Source of the DNA: Bdellovibrionales bacterium
GTDB lineage: Bacteria; Bdellovibrionota; Bdellovibrionia; Bdellovibrionales; JAUICD01
DNA length: 64,000 nucleotides
Assembly: GCA_965197425.1 (NCBI GenBank)
Contig: CBDANC010000014.1
Location: 32,001 to 96,000, forward strand
Reading direction: 5' to 3'
The notes under the pieces were generated by a model. It worked only from the letters and a program-made list of their open reading frames with translations. It was not told the DNA's origin and searched no databases. A program made the position numbers and the translations under genes. Positions 49,828 through 59,544 of the stretch are shown here, piece by piece. Numbering within the stretch: the stretch's first letter is position 1; every line of letters begins with the position of its first letter.

Positions 49828-50054
49828 GGAAGACTCTGTGAAACGGGATCGGCATCGTGTCCAAAGCTGGGCAACCACTAGGCAAAAAGTAACTGGTGTT
49901 GTATTACACCTTACAGAGCTGGGCAACTCTAATACTGAAAGTACCTTGGCTACATTTGTGCCTTGCACTGCATTTTGCCTAGGCAACTTTCAGTTTTAGC
50001 GAAGACCTTGATGAACAAATCCACTTATTTTTGCCTCGTTCGGAAGACCTTGTG
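49828..50054. repeat. Dispersed mosaic repeat family, locus B
   Basis: ggaagactctgtgaaacgggatcggcatcgtgtccaaagctgggcaacc matches 510-545 and 361-396; tgaacaaatccacttatttttgcctcgttcggaagaccttgtg matches 479-523. Confidence 0.85.
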
Positions 50055-50119
50055 CTTATAGGCCAGGTGTAGTAGAAGGCAGTTGCAGTTATAAGTTTTC
50101 ATAAAGGTGGTGATACTAA

Positions 50120-50326
50120 TTGACTTACATGAAAATAGGAGATGGCGATAACTTTGAACAATGTTTTAGAAGGTTCAAAAAGTTAGTTGAAAAAGCCGGT
50201 GTTTTATCTGACATGAAAAAGCACGAGTGTTACGAAAAACCAAGTGTAAAAAATAAGAAAAAACGTATGGCAGCCAGAAAGAGAGTTTTGAAAAAAATAA
50301 AAAAGGGTCATGATCAGAGTTTTTAA
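50120..50326 (+). CDS. rpsU: 30S ribosomal protein S21
   Basis: FRRFKK...YEKPS pattern; first gene of the rpsU-dnaG-rpoD operon. Confidence 0.92.
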   Translation: MTYMKIGDGDNFEQCFRRFKKLVEKAGVLSDMKKHECYEKPSVKNKKKRMAARKRVLKKIKKGHDQSF

Positions 50327-50328
50327 AA

Positions 50329-50778
50329 ATGGATTTTATTGAAAAAATAGATTCTGAGATAAAGCTTGCAATGAAAGCTAAGGATATGAAATCTCTAAGT
50401 GTGTTGCGATATCTAAGATCTCAGATTAAAAACAAAGAAATTGAGCTTAGACCAGAAAGCATTAAATCCTCTGACATTTTTCAAGTGATAAGAAAGCTAG
50501 TGAAACAACAAGAGGGCGCTTTAGAGCAATTTAAGTCTGCTGACAGATCGGAGCTTGTAGAAGGTGCCAAAAATGAAATTAGCATCTTTAAAAAATTCTT
50601 ACCAAAGGAATTAGGAGAAGAGGAACTAGGACAAGTGGTAAAACAAGTTATAGCGGAGCTAAATGCCACCTCACTTAAGGATATGGGTAAAGTTATGAAG
50701 ACAGTCTTAGCAAAAACAAATGGAATGGCTGACCCCAAAAAAACCAGTGCTATTGTAAAACAAAATCTTGGTGTCTAG
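50329..50778 (+). CDS. GatB/YqeY domain protein
   Basis: AMKAKD...LR...IKNKEI, FLPKEL and DMGKVM motifs. Confidence 0.92.
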   Translation: MDFIEKIDSEIKLAMKAKDMKSLSVLRYLRSQIKNKEIELRPESIKSSDIFQVIRKLVKQQEGALEQFKSADRSELVEGAKNEISIFKKFLPKELGEEELGQVVKQVIAELNATSLKDMGKVMKTVLAKTNGMADPKKTSAIVKQNLGV

Positions 50779-50779
50779 A

Positions 50780-52504
50780 ATGCAAACTGATTTAAAAGAA
50801 CAGGTCAGAGAGGCTAGTAATTTGGCTTCTCTGGTATCGGAGTTTGCCACTTTAACCAAATCAGGTAGTCGTTTAAAAGGACTGTGTCCTCTTCCTGGCC
50901 ATGCTGAAAAAACACCAAGCTTTACTGTATCCGAAGACCTCGGTCTCTATTACTGCTATGGATGCAGAAGAGGTGGAGATGTATTCTCTTTTGTAAGCGA
51001 AATGAAATCCCTTAACTTCAAAGAAGCACTAGAGTTTTTAGCTAATAGAGCCGGAATTTCCATTCATCAACCAAGTTATACAGATAAAACTTATGCTAAA
51101 CTTATAAAAATTAATTCTCTTGCTAACGAGTACTTTAAACATAATTTAAACAACCTTTCTTCAGATCATCCTATAAAAGTTTACTTAGAAAAACGAGGAA
51201 TACTAGATATGGTTAAAGAGTTTGATCTGGGTTTTGCCAAAGATAGCTGGACAGCACTACTAGATCACCTAGATAAGCATGATCTTAAGCTTGTAGAAAG
51301 TTTAGGCCTTATAAGAAAAAACAAATCAAACAATTATTATGACCTGTTTAGAAATAGAATTATCTTTCCAATAAAAGACTCAAACAAAGTCCTTGGATTT
51401 GGAGGCAGGACAGTATCAAAAGATGACAGCGTTAAATATCTAAATAGTCCTGAATCTAAGTTGTTTTATAAAAAGAAAATCTTATATGGAGTTAGCAATG
51501 CCATTAGTTCTATCAGAAGAGAGGATAGGGCTATTGTGGTAGAAGGGTATATGGATGTAATCAGCATGCACAAGCATGGATTTAAAAATACTGTTGGGAT
51601 CATGGGTACAGGTCTTACCGATGAACAGGCCATCGTGTTAAAGAAATATACAAAAAATGTGGTTTTATTGTTCGATTCTGATGAAGCTGGCATGATGGCA
51701 TCTACAAGGGCATTACCTGTGCTTTTAAAAGCTGGGCTATATCCTAAAATACTAAAACTTCCTTGTAAAGATCCGGACGAAACTTTGCAAAAAAAGGGAG
51801 CAAACTGGCTGAGAGACAACATGGGTCAGTCTGAAGATCTGTTCAAATGGCTTTTAATTGGCAAAATGAAAAAGAACAACAGAGTTCTCACTATCTATGA
51901 TAGAGAGCAGATTTTTAATGAAATAATAGAGCTAAGAAAGCATGTAAGAGACCAGAGCCTCATGTATAGCTTCGATAAAATGCTTGAGGATATTTTGGAA
52001 ATACCCAGACATATCGTAGCAAACAAAGGATTTAGGAGTAGATTTCAACCCAGAAATTACACAAAACCTGATTCCAAGAAGGTATCCTCCACTCCTAAAC
52101 ATGAGTTGGTACTTGCCTCAATTTTGTTGTTAAAACCCGAATATGTGAAAAAGTTAGATGGGATTCAAGACTCACTTTCATGCAAAAACATTACACACAT
52201 AGTAAAAAAACTACAAAATCTAAGTGGACATGACAAGTTTAGTGTTGATACTCTGATCCACAGCTTAGAACCTAAACCAGATGGTCTTATAGGTTGTATG
52301 ATGGATTTGAGTACTAATTTAGACGCTAATAAAATTGATGAGTTGTTTTGTGACTGTGTTTCTAAAGTAAAGGCACGATTTTTGAAGCATAGATCTAAGT
52401 TGGTTTTAAACAACATAAACTATGACAACAGGGATGAGAAACTTAGACAATTTAGCAAGCTTCAGATTGAAAGACATGGTCTATCCAAAGCAGATTTTAA
52501 ATAA
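50780..52504 (+). CDS. dnaG: DNA primase
   Basis: Zn-finger CPLPGH..KTPSF...CYGC, FRNRIIFPI, KYLNSPE, VEGYMD and FDSDEAG motifs. ATG at 50780 preferred. Confidence 0.96.
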   Translation: MQTDLKEQVREASNLASLVSEFATLTKSGSRLKGLCPLPGHAEKTPSFTVSEDLGLYYCYGCRRGGDVFSFVSEMKSLNFKEALEFLANRAGISIHQPSYTDKTYAKLIKINSLANEYFKHNLNNLSSDHPIKVYLEKRGILDMVKEFDLGFAKDSWTALLDHLDKHDLKLVESLGLIRKNKSNNYYDLFRNRIIFPIKDSNKVLGFGGRTVSKDDSVKYLNSPESKLFYKKKILYGVSNAISSIRREDRAIVVEGYMDVISMHKHGFKNTVGIMGTGLTDEQAIVLKKYTKNVVLLFDSDEAGMMASTRALPVLLKAGLYPKILKLPCKDPDETLQKKGANWLRDNMGQSEDLFKWLLIGKMKKNNRVLTIYDREQIFNEIIELRKHVRDQSLMYSFDKMLEDILEIPRHIVANKGFRSRFQPRNYTKPDSKKVSSTPKHELVLASILLLKPEYVKKLDGIQDSLSCKNITHIVKKLQNLSGHDKFSVDTLIHSLEPKPDGLIGCMMDLSTNLDANKIDELFCDCVSKVKARFLKHRSKLVLNNINYDNRDEKLRQFSKLQIERHGLSKADFK

Positions 52505-52627
52505 GAGGTTTTGCTTGTTTAATTTTAAACATGACTTGTTTTAGTTTTGATCATAACTTCCGATGCTAGAACTCTGAGTCCTTGTTTTGTTGTCTAGTGT
52601 TGGTGTTAACATTTTTGAGGATAATCT

Positions 52628-54418
52628 ATGGGTAAAACTATGACTTTAAAAGAACAAATTAAAGCGGTTGCTTCCGAGCTAACTAACCTGCGTGGTATTT
52701 ATAAAAAAAAAGGTAAGTTGTCAGTAGATGAAATCAACGAAGCTCTTCCTTTAGAAGTGGTATCTTTTCGAGCCATTGATTGGCTTATGGACTCTTTGCT
52801 TAAAGCTAATGTCAAAGTTTTAAGTCCTGGCATAGGTAGATCTGCTAAATCAGAAAGTGGAGAATTTAGTTTAGGCTCTCATGAAGAAGAGGAAGAGACT
52901 CCTGAGGTACCAGAAGATATAAAGAGCAATGATCCTGTTCGTATGTATTTAAGAAAAATGGGTGGCGTATCCCTTTTAACTCGTGAAGGTGAAGTACAAA
53001 TTGCTCAGAGAATTGAAAGTGGAGAGCGTCAGATTGTAAGATCGATGTTGATGTCTCCTTTAGGTACGGAAGAGATAGCACAATTAGGTCGGAGACTTGA
53101 CGATGGAAAAATTAAAATTAAGTCGTTGTTTAGAGGTTTAGAGGATGAAGATGCTCAGTATGATGAGTCTGAGTACATTGAGAAAATTCATAATTTAATT
53201 GATTATGTAAAAAAATATCAAAAAGGTGTAGCTCCTATTTTTGACACCCTTCTAAAACACTATGAGGATCTAGAGAAACGAAATAAAGCTCAGGCTGATT
53301 TAGAAGTCCTCAATAAGAAGTTAATGGAGAAATTTTCTGGTGTTAACTTTAATCGTAAGGTCATAAATCGTATAGTTGTGAAATTTAAAAATTTAGTTAA
53401 CAGAACTGTGGAACTAAGAATTAGAAAGAAAAAGGCTGTAGAGAGAACTTTTTCTAAGGATCTAGAGAGTCTAAAAAAGCAATATGAACTTGTTCAAAGA
53501 GATGACAAGGAGATTGGTAAATTGCACAGAAATACTGGCTTAAGTTTTGAAGCTTTCCAAGCTTATGTGAGGCAAGCTGTTAACGCAGAAAAAAGGTTAG
53601 ATAGGCTTTATAGGGAAACTGGAATGAGCCATAGCTGGCTTAAGGATATCTATCTTTCTATGTGGAAAGGTGGAAAGGCCGCAGATATTGCAAAAGCTGA
53701 GTTGGTTGAAGCTAATTTACGTCTAGTTGTTTCGATTGCAAAAAAATACACCAATCGTGGTTTACAGTTTTTGGATCTGATTCAAGAAGGTAACATTGGA
53801 CTGATGAAAGCTGTTGATAAGTTTGAATACCGAAGAGGTTATAAGTTTTCTACTTATGCAACTTGGTGGATTAGACAAGCTATTACTCGTGCCATTGCAG
53901 ATCAAGCTAGAACAATCAGAATTCCTGTTCATATGATTGAGACCATAAATAAATTGGTGAGAACATCCAGGCAACTTGTGCATGAGTTGGGTCGTGATCC
54001 TTTACCAGAAGAGATGGCTGAAAAGATGGAGATGCCTGTTGATAAGGTTAGGAAGGTTTTAAAAATTGCAAAAGAACCTATAAGTTTGGAAACTCCTGTT
54101 GGTGAAGAGGAAGATTCTCACTTGGGTGATTTTATAGAGGATAAAAAGGTTATTAATCCATCTGATGCCGTTTCAAGTTTAAATCTAGCAGAACAGACAA
54201 GAAAAATTTTAGGGGCATTGACTGCAAGAGAAGAAAAAGTTCTAAGAATGAGGTTTGGGATAGGAGAAGAAAGTGATCATACTTTAGAAGAAGTTGGTCA
54301 GGACTTCAATGTTACCAGAGAGCGTATAAGACAGATTGAGGCAAAAGCTCTAAGGAAACTAAGGCACCCTTCTCGTTCCAAAAAGCTGAAGTTTTTTTTG
54401 AACAATAACAACAAATAA
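52628..54418 (+). CDS. rpoD: RNA polymerase primary sigma factor
   Basis: [35 protein letters not shown] and [14 protein letters not shown] motifs. Confidence 0.98.
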   Translation: MGKTMTLKEQIKAVASELTNLRGIYKKKGKLSVDEINEALPLEVVSFRAIDWLMDSLLKANVKVLSPGIGRSAKSESGEFSLGSHEEEEETPEVPEDIKSNDPVRMYLRKMGGVSLLTREGEVQIAQRIESGERQIVRSMLMSPLGTEEIAQLGRRLDDGKIKIKSLFRGLEDEDAQYDESEYIEKIHNLIDYVKKYQKGVAPIFDTLLKHYEDLEKRNKAQADLEVLNKKLMEKFSGVNFNRKVINRIVVKFKNLVNRTVELRIRKKKAVERTFSKDLESLKKQYELVQRDDKEIGKLHRNTGLSFEAFQAYVRQAVNAEKRLDRLYRETGMSHSWLKDIYLSMWKGGKAADIAKAELVEANLRLVVSIAKKYTNRGLQFLDLIQEGNIGLMKAVDKFEYRRGYKFSTYATWWIRQAITRAIADQARTIRIPVHMIETINKLVRTSRQLVHELGRDPLPEEMAEKMEMPVDKVRKVLKIAKEPISLETPVGEEEDSHLGDFIEDKKVINPSDAVSSLNLAEQTRKILGALTAREEKVLRMRFGIGEESDHTLEEVGQDFNVTRERIRQIEAKALRKLRHPSRSKKLKFFLNNNNK

Positions 54419-54495
54419 AGGCCCATAGCTTAGTTGGTTAAAGCATCCGGCTCATAACCGGAGGATCCGAGGTTCGAGTCCTCGTGGGCCTACCA
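54419..54495 (+). tRNA. tRNA with CAU anticodon, most likely tRNA-Ile2 (lysidine type)
   Basis: Cloverleaf: acceptor AGGCCCA/TGGGCCT, anticodon arm TCCGG-CTCATAA-CCGGA, T arm CGAGG-TTCGAGT-CCTCG, ACCA end. Paired 1:72 and no 3 G-C pairs argue against initiator. Sits after rpoD like E. coli ileX. Confidence 0.92.
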
Positions 54496-54500
54496 ATTCA

Positions 54501-54559
54501 TTAAAGCATCCGGCTCATAACCTGCGGGGTCCTAAGTTCGAGTCCTCGTGGGCCTACCA
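54501..54559 (+). repeat. Degenerate copy of the 3' ~58 nt of the tRNA (pseudo-tRNA or att-like scar)
   Basis: ttaaagcatccggctcataacc...gttcgagtcctcgtgggcctacca is repeated 5 nt after the tRNA with a mutated centre. Confidence 0.9.
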
Positions 54560-54602
54560 TTAAAGGTGAGCCTAATGAGGTAAAAAACAAGGTTTTTGAG
54601 TC

Positions 54603-55050
54603 CTATTTTTTGGCTCCGTGTTTTTTAAGCAAACTAACAATATCATTTTTGTTAGCCAATCTTGCATGATCAAGCGGTGTTTTTCCTCCCCCGTTTTTTA
54701 TATTTATATCGGCTCCATGTTTTATAAGAAGAGCTGCTACCTTGACATGCCCTACATCTGCTGCCTCATGAAGGGGAGGAACATAAAATCGCATATCAGA
54801 AATACGGAACGGACAGATATTTCCATTCACATCAGCTAGGCGTTTTATTAAAAGTGCAACTAAATCCACATCATCACTTCTTACTGCATCACAAAAAGAA
54901 CTGTTAAATTTATAGTTCTGTAAGCGTAAGTTAGATTGTTTTACTGATTCAGGCGATGGCGGAGGCGAGTTGGCTGTTTTGGGCTCATCTGTAAAGACAA
55001 ACCTAAGATGTAGTTAGTAGTACACATAATGCAACCGATAGATACCTCAT
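54603..55050 (-). pseudogene. Frameshifted secreted ankyrin-repeat gene
   Basis: GAGGAGG then ATG 55050 gives MRYLSVALCVLLTTS* (TAG 55005-55003); the +1 frame continues FVFTDEPK...FCDAVRSDDVDLVALLIKR into the ankyrin ORF 54603-54869. Confidence 0.7.
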
Positions 55051-55401
55051 TATGTCCCTCCTCTTGTACTATCTACAGTAAATATCTAACGAATCACCTT
55101 GCAGGTTATTTTAACATGTGTTCTTTTTGATTCAATTCAAAACCAACACACAAGAGAAGATATAGGATACTTTGGGCCTATAGAGAGACAAAAAATTCCA
55201 TTGTTATACTATCAGTAATCCCTCGCTACTAACTGGACTAGTAGTAACCTTGTATTTCATTGACTACAGGGTCAGGTAAAAGTTTACAAAACCAAGGTAA
55301 ATTTTCTAAAAAGTGACAACTAAAGACATTGTTAGGTTAGTATAACCCCCAGTTGATTTCATAAATATCTATCAGGAAGTACAAAGCTAGGGAGCACTAG
55401 A

Positions 55402-56985
55402 ATGACTGCCAAAAAACCCATCGTAGTAATGACTATAATGACTATCTTGTTTCAGGTGTCAGTGTTTGCCAGCGAGGGTTGTGTTAATGCTCTAAGCGAT
55501 GGGTATGCAGAAGAACACGAGCACCTAATGAGAGCAGTTTCCGAACGCAATTTCAATAGGATTAGAATGAGCATGGTTTCAGGACTAGATGTGGATGCAA
55601 CAGATCCTAATGACTATACAGCTTTGATGTTGGCGGCAAATCTAGGGGATCTTGAGGTAACAAAGTTACTTGTAAACCTAGGTGCGAATGTGAATGCACA
55701 AGACAACCAAGGTTACACTCCTTTAATGGAGGCAGTACTCGGCAGAAACTTAGAAGTTATGGAGTTTTTGATTGGGCAGGAAGCGGATATAAGCCTTACA
55801 AATAATGAGGGACAAACTGCAATGGCAATAGCAGAGCCTGTTAGTGTAAATGAACAGATAGCTAGTTTTTTAACAAAAAATCAAAGTGATACAGGTTCAG
55901 AAACTTTATTGAGTGAAGTTGAATCGGAAGTAGTGGAAGCAACCATTCCATGGCATGATGCTGAGTTGGTAACTGCAGCTAAACTAGGTGACCTGAATAA
56001 AATTACCCAGTTAATAAAATTAGGAGCAGATCCTGATGCTGCTGACTCTGCAGGGCTTACTGCATTAACCTACGCGGTAATGACAAAATCATGGAAAGTT
56101 GTAGAGTTTCTAATAAAATCTGGAGCAAATATTCAAATGCTAAGCCCTAATCATCCCATTTTAATACTTGCAGCTGCAAAAGGCATGCTAGAAGCAGTCA
56201 GAAAACTAGTAGAATTAGGGGCAGAGGTAAATGCAACTGACCATGGGAGCTATACTGCTCTAATGCTAACAGCTACTACTGGTGATCAAGATGCTGTTAG
56301 GCTGCTAATAGAATTAGGGGCGGACATAGAAGCAAAAACAACAATAGGACAAAACCGAGGATTAAATTCTCTAATGATGGCAGCCGTACACGGTCACCTG
56401 AATGTTGCCAAAGTGCTTGTAGACTCAGGAGCAGATATGGATGCTGAAAATCAAGAAGGATACACAGCTGTAATTCTGGCAGCTACAAAGAAAAAATGGG
56501 AAGTTGTAGAGTTTCTAATAAAATCAGGGGCCGATATTGATTCAGTAACATCCAGCGGTTTTAACCCCCTTGGATTGATGATTTCGGATAGTAATATAGG
56601 TGCTGTTTTAAGGCTTGTAAATTTAGGAGCGAATGTGAATGCTTTTACTCACTTAACCTACACTCCTTTAATGCTAGCGGTTGTCCAAGGAAAAAGATTG
56701 GACACCTTAACCCTCCTAAATTTGAGGGTTGATCCAAATATTCAAGTTGCTAAAACAGGATGGACTGCTTTGATGTACGCTGCTTTTTATGGTTATTTGG
56801 ATATTGCTGATCTACTTTTGAGTCGAGGAGCAGATCCTAGCTTGGAAAATTCCAGTGGTAAGACTGCTCTATCCATCGCAAAAGATAAAGAACACAAGGG
56901 CATAGTTGAACTTTTTAAAAAATATGAAAACATGGAAAAAACATCTAAAGGTGAAAAAGTATGGAAAAGATTATTTTCACAATAG
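55402..56985 (+). CDS. Secreted ankyrin-repeat protein
   Basis: Signal peptide ...SVFA-SEGCVNAL; more than ten TALMxAA/GADxNA repeats. Confidence 0.94.
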   Translation: MTAKKPIVVMTIMTILFQVSVFASEGCVNALSDGYAEEHEHLMRAVSERNFNRIRMSMVSGLDVDATDPNDYTALMLAANLGDLEVTKLLVNLGANVNAQDNQGYTPLMEAVLGRNLEVMEFLIGQEADISLTNNEGQTAMAIAEPVSVNEQIASFLTKNQSDTGSETLLSEVESEVVEATIPWHDAELVTAAKLGDLNKITQLIKLGADPDAADSAGLTALTYAVMTKSWKVVEFLIKSGANIQMLSPNHPILILAAAKGMLEAVRKLVELGAEVNATDHGSYTALMLTATTGDQDAVRLLIELGADIEAKTTIGQNRGLNSLMMAAVHGHLNVAKVLVDSGADMDAENQEGYTAVILAATKKKWEVVEFLIKSGADIDSVTSSGFNPLGLMISDSNIGAVLRLVNLGANVNAFTHLTYTPLMLAVVQGKRLDTLTLLNLRVDPNIQVAKTGWTALMYAAFYGYLDIADLLLSRGADPSLENSSGKTALSIAKDKEHKGIVELFKKYENMEKTSKGEKVWKRLFSQ

Positions 56986-57692
56986 TGATTGTATTTCAAA
57001 CCCTGGCCTGTAAGGCTTATTCACAAGTGGATGACAGATATCTTTATTATGATTATGGCTGGAGGTTTCAAGTATCCTTAGGATCAATGCTAGCAAACGA
57101 AATCGACTACATACTCAATAACTCCGATGAGAGTAGAGGAGTAGCTGAGTTTAAAGAAGTGTATCTTCCGTCACTAGGTCTTGGGTTCAGTTACAGGTCT
57201 GAAAATGGTTTGGAATTAGGTTTGGAATTGAGCTCTTTTGATCATGAACTAGAACACACACTTCTTACCGAATATGCAGATGCTGTTTATTTAGCAGGTG
57301 AAAGGCACGTTTTACTTTTGACAACAGGACTTACTTATAATTTTGTAAATAATTCTCATGCCACACCATATGTTTCTGTAGACGCAGGAATATCTAGAAT
57401 AAGCCCTGATATACGTTTGGAGGTTTCAGATAATGAAACTTTTCGGTTCGAAAATGATAAGCCAAGCCATACTAGATCAGGTTCTGCTGGCATAGGTGTG
57501 AATTGGAAAATAAAAGCCGTAAACCTTGGGCTTTTTTACGACTATCTAATCTTGGGCTCTCACAAAACGAAAAGAGAACCGGAGTTACCTGATGAAATTA
57601 TGCAAAGTTCGGGACTTCCAAGTGAAATAAAGTTTGACGGAAGCACCAATCACAGAACCGTATTTCGAGTCTCCTTCCCTTTGTATGACTAA
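56961..57692 (+). CDS. Probable outer-membrane beta-barrel protein (OmpW/OmpA-TM-like)
   Basis: Signal peptide; alternating strands such as LGLGFSY, TPYVSVDAGIS, AGIGVNW and terminal FRVSF. Confidence 0.7.
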   Translation: MEKIIFTIVIVFQTLACKAYSQVDDRYLYYDYGWRFQVSLGSMLANEIDYILNNSDESRGVAEFKEVYLPSLGLGFSYRSENGLELGLELSSFDHELEHTLLTEYADAVYLAGERHVLLLTTGLTYNFVNNSHATPYVSVDAGISRISPDIRLEVSDNETFRFENDKPSHTRSGSAGIGVNWKIKAVNLGLFYDYLILGSHKTKREPELPDEIMQSSGLPSEIKFDGSTNHRTVFRVSFPLYD

Positions 57693-57726
57693 AAATATTT
57701 CATAGGCTTGCTCGTTATAAACTATA

Positions 57727-59004
57727 CTAATCAATGACAGGGAGCCAAGATGATCCACCATCATGGGTTATTATGCTGGCCTTTTTATTATTTTCTAACT
57801 GTAGATCAAGTTTGAAAGTGTTCTCCTCATCATTTAAAAAACTAATATTGTTTATACTTAATAGGCCAACATTACTTACACCCTGATACTGAATAGCCTT
57901 TAAGGCTAAATCCCACTTAATGTAGGGTACAAAACTTACTCCATTATCAACACTCTTGTATTGACCTATATACACAGTACCATTCTTGGAAACAGCAATG
58001 GGCAGATTATTATTTTCAAACACTTCTATTTTTTCCCAAAGTTTCCCCCCAGTTGTAGATTTAAACACCCCACCTGCAGACGCAAACATAAGGTTTTTAA
58101 CCCTTGAACTTGTAGCTATATCAAAAATTGTCCTGTTAAAAAGTTCATCAGATGTCCATGACTTTTTATTAAAGTATAAATCAGGAGCAGGAATATTATC
58201 CTTACCCTTTTTTAACAGCTTAGGTTTTGAAATAACTTTTTTATTCATTGCCACCTTACCCCTTGCAGGCAGAGAACTATCCTTGGAATATAATCCGTTA
58301 ATTGGAATAGGTAAAAAACCAGGAAGACTAGTTAAAACTTTACTCTTTAAGTCTTTACCCTTTCTAACATTAGCCCTTGTTGTAGCTATATACCCATAAC
58401 TTCTATTTGTTATAATTCCTCTCACATCCTCCATGTTAATAATTTTGTCTCTGGTTGTAACAATGCGATGTTGTAATACGCTCTTTACATCATGCCAAAT
58501 ATCAGTTTTAACCATCGAGGCAAAGTTAAACTTACTTAGTATAGAATCAATTTCGACAAAGTACTTTTTGTCATCCCATTCTATCTGAACAAAATTATCC
58601 ACAAATCTAATGGCCTTTATCTTTAAGCCTGCTGCTAGTTTCCCTGCTTTGTTGAAAGAACGATTTTTTAAATCTGTTTTTTTGGTTGTAACAATATATC
58701 CTAAATCTCTATCCGATGGGTTAAGATATCTACCTTCTATCCAGGTTATGCCTTTTGGATGCTGGCATTTAAAATTTCCACCCTTCGATCCTAGTATTAC
58801 AACCTCTGTACCTCTGTTTAAGATCATGTTGTTTTTCTTAATGCTCTCTTTTAATATAGCTCTACTCGAAAAATGTAAGTCATAAATTAATACACTACTT
58901 CTAATCCAACCTGATCTTTTATCAGAAAGACTTACACTTACCCAATCTTGGGTATTAGCTTGTAAAGTGGCAGATAATATAGCGGTAATTATCAAAGGTA
59001 ACAT
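57727..59004 (-). CDS. Secreted protein with SH3b-like segments and C-terminal BNR/Asp-box repeats
   Basis: Signal peptide; WVSV...GWI and ANVRKG SH3-like motifs; KSTTGGKLW, SVDNGVSF and THDGGSSW Asp boxes. Confidence 0.65.
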   Translation of the reverse strand: MLPLIITAILSATLQANTQDWVSVSLSDKRSGWIRSSVLIYDLHFSSRAILKESIKKNNMILNRGTEVVILGSKGGNFKCQHPKGITWIEGRYLNPSDRDLGYIVTTKKTDLKNRSFNKAGKLAAGLKIKAIRFVDNFVQIEWDDKKYFVEIDSILSKFNFASMVKTDIWHDVKSVLQHRIVTTRDKIINMEDVRGIITNRSYGYIATTRANVRKGKDLKSKVLTSLPGFLPIPINGLYSKDSSLPARGKVAMNKKVISKPKLLKKGKDNIPAPDLYFNKKSWTSDELFNRTIFDIATSSRVKNLMFASAGGVFKSTTGGKLWEKIEVFENNNLPIAVSKNGTVYIGQYKSVDNGVSFVPYIKWDLALKAIQYQGVSNVGLLSINNISFLNDEENTFKLDLQLENNKKASIITHDGGSSWLPVID

Positions 59005-59035
59005 ACAACATCAGTTTTACTTGGCTTTATAGCTA

Positions 59036-59144
59036 TCTCAAAGCATTTGTTTTAATTATGCAATACACCATAACCCTCTCCTCAAAAACCTATTCAAAGA
59101 CCATGCTCTTTCAGGGGTAAGGTTTGAAACTTTATTAATTGTAA
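59036..59144. repeat. 109-bp direct repeat, copy 1
   Basis: Matches 60208-60315 with about 3 substitutions and 1 indel. Confidence 0.95.
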
Positions 59145-59544
59145 GGAAAAATATGTATGGACTACAGATGAGCATGTTTTGTTTAATTGTCCAAAGTGTT
59201 GGAAGTTTAATTTAGAAGAGTACAAAAAATGCACATAGCAGCCCTATTTTTATAAATCTCAACTAAAAATGTCTGTGTAGAGAGAGTGTTTTAGTAGTTT
59301 ACGAAGTAATTTCAAAAACTTAGTAATATCATACATTTTGTTGTTCGTTAGCTTTGTTGTACGGATTATCGAACAAGGATGTTTTGGATATTATTCTCTT
59401 ATTCAATGGATTAAATAAATCACCATATTTTTTATCAATATCAACCCTCACACTAAGGACATTAGTGTTAAGGCCAAGCTTTTTTAAAAATAGTTTGTAT
59501 TTTACTTTTTAAAGTGATTTTCAAAATTAACCGAATCCTTCCTT

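Noticed and set aside
54419..54495. Initiator tRNA-fMet call
   Set aside because: Position 1:72 is paired (A-U) and the anticodon stem lacks the GGG/CCC initiator signature; Ile2 is favoured, elongator Met not fully excluded.
55220..55275. Two small hairpins between the divergent ankyrin genes
   Set aside because: Short imperfect stems that could arise by chance; no supporting motif.
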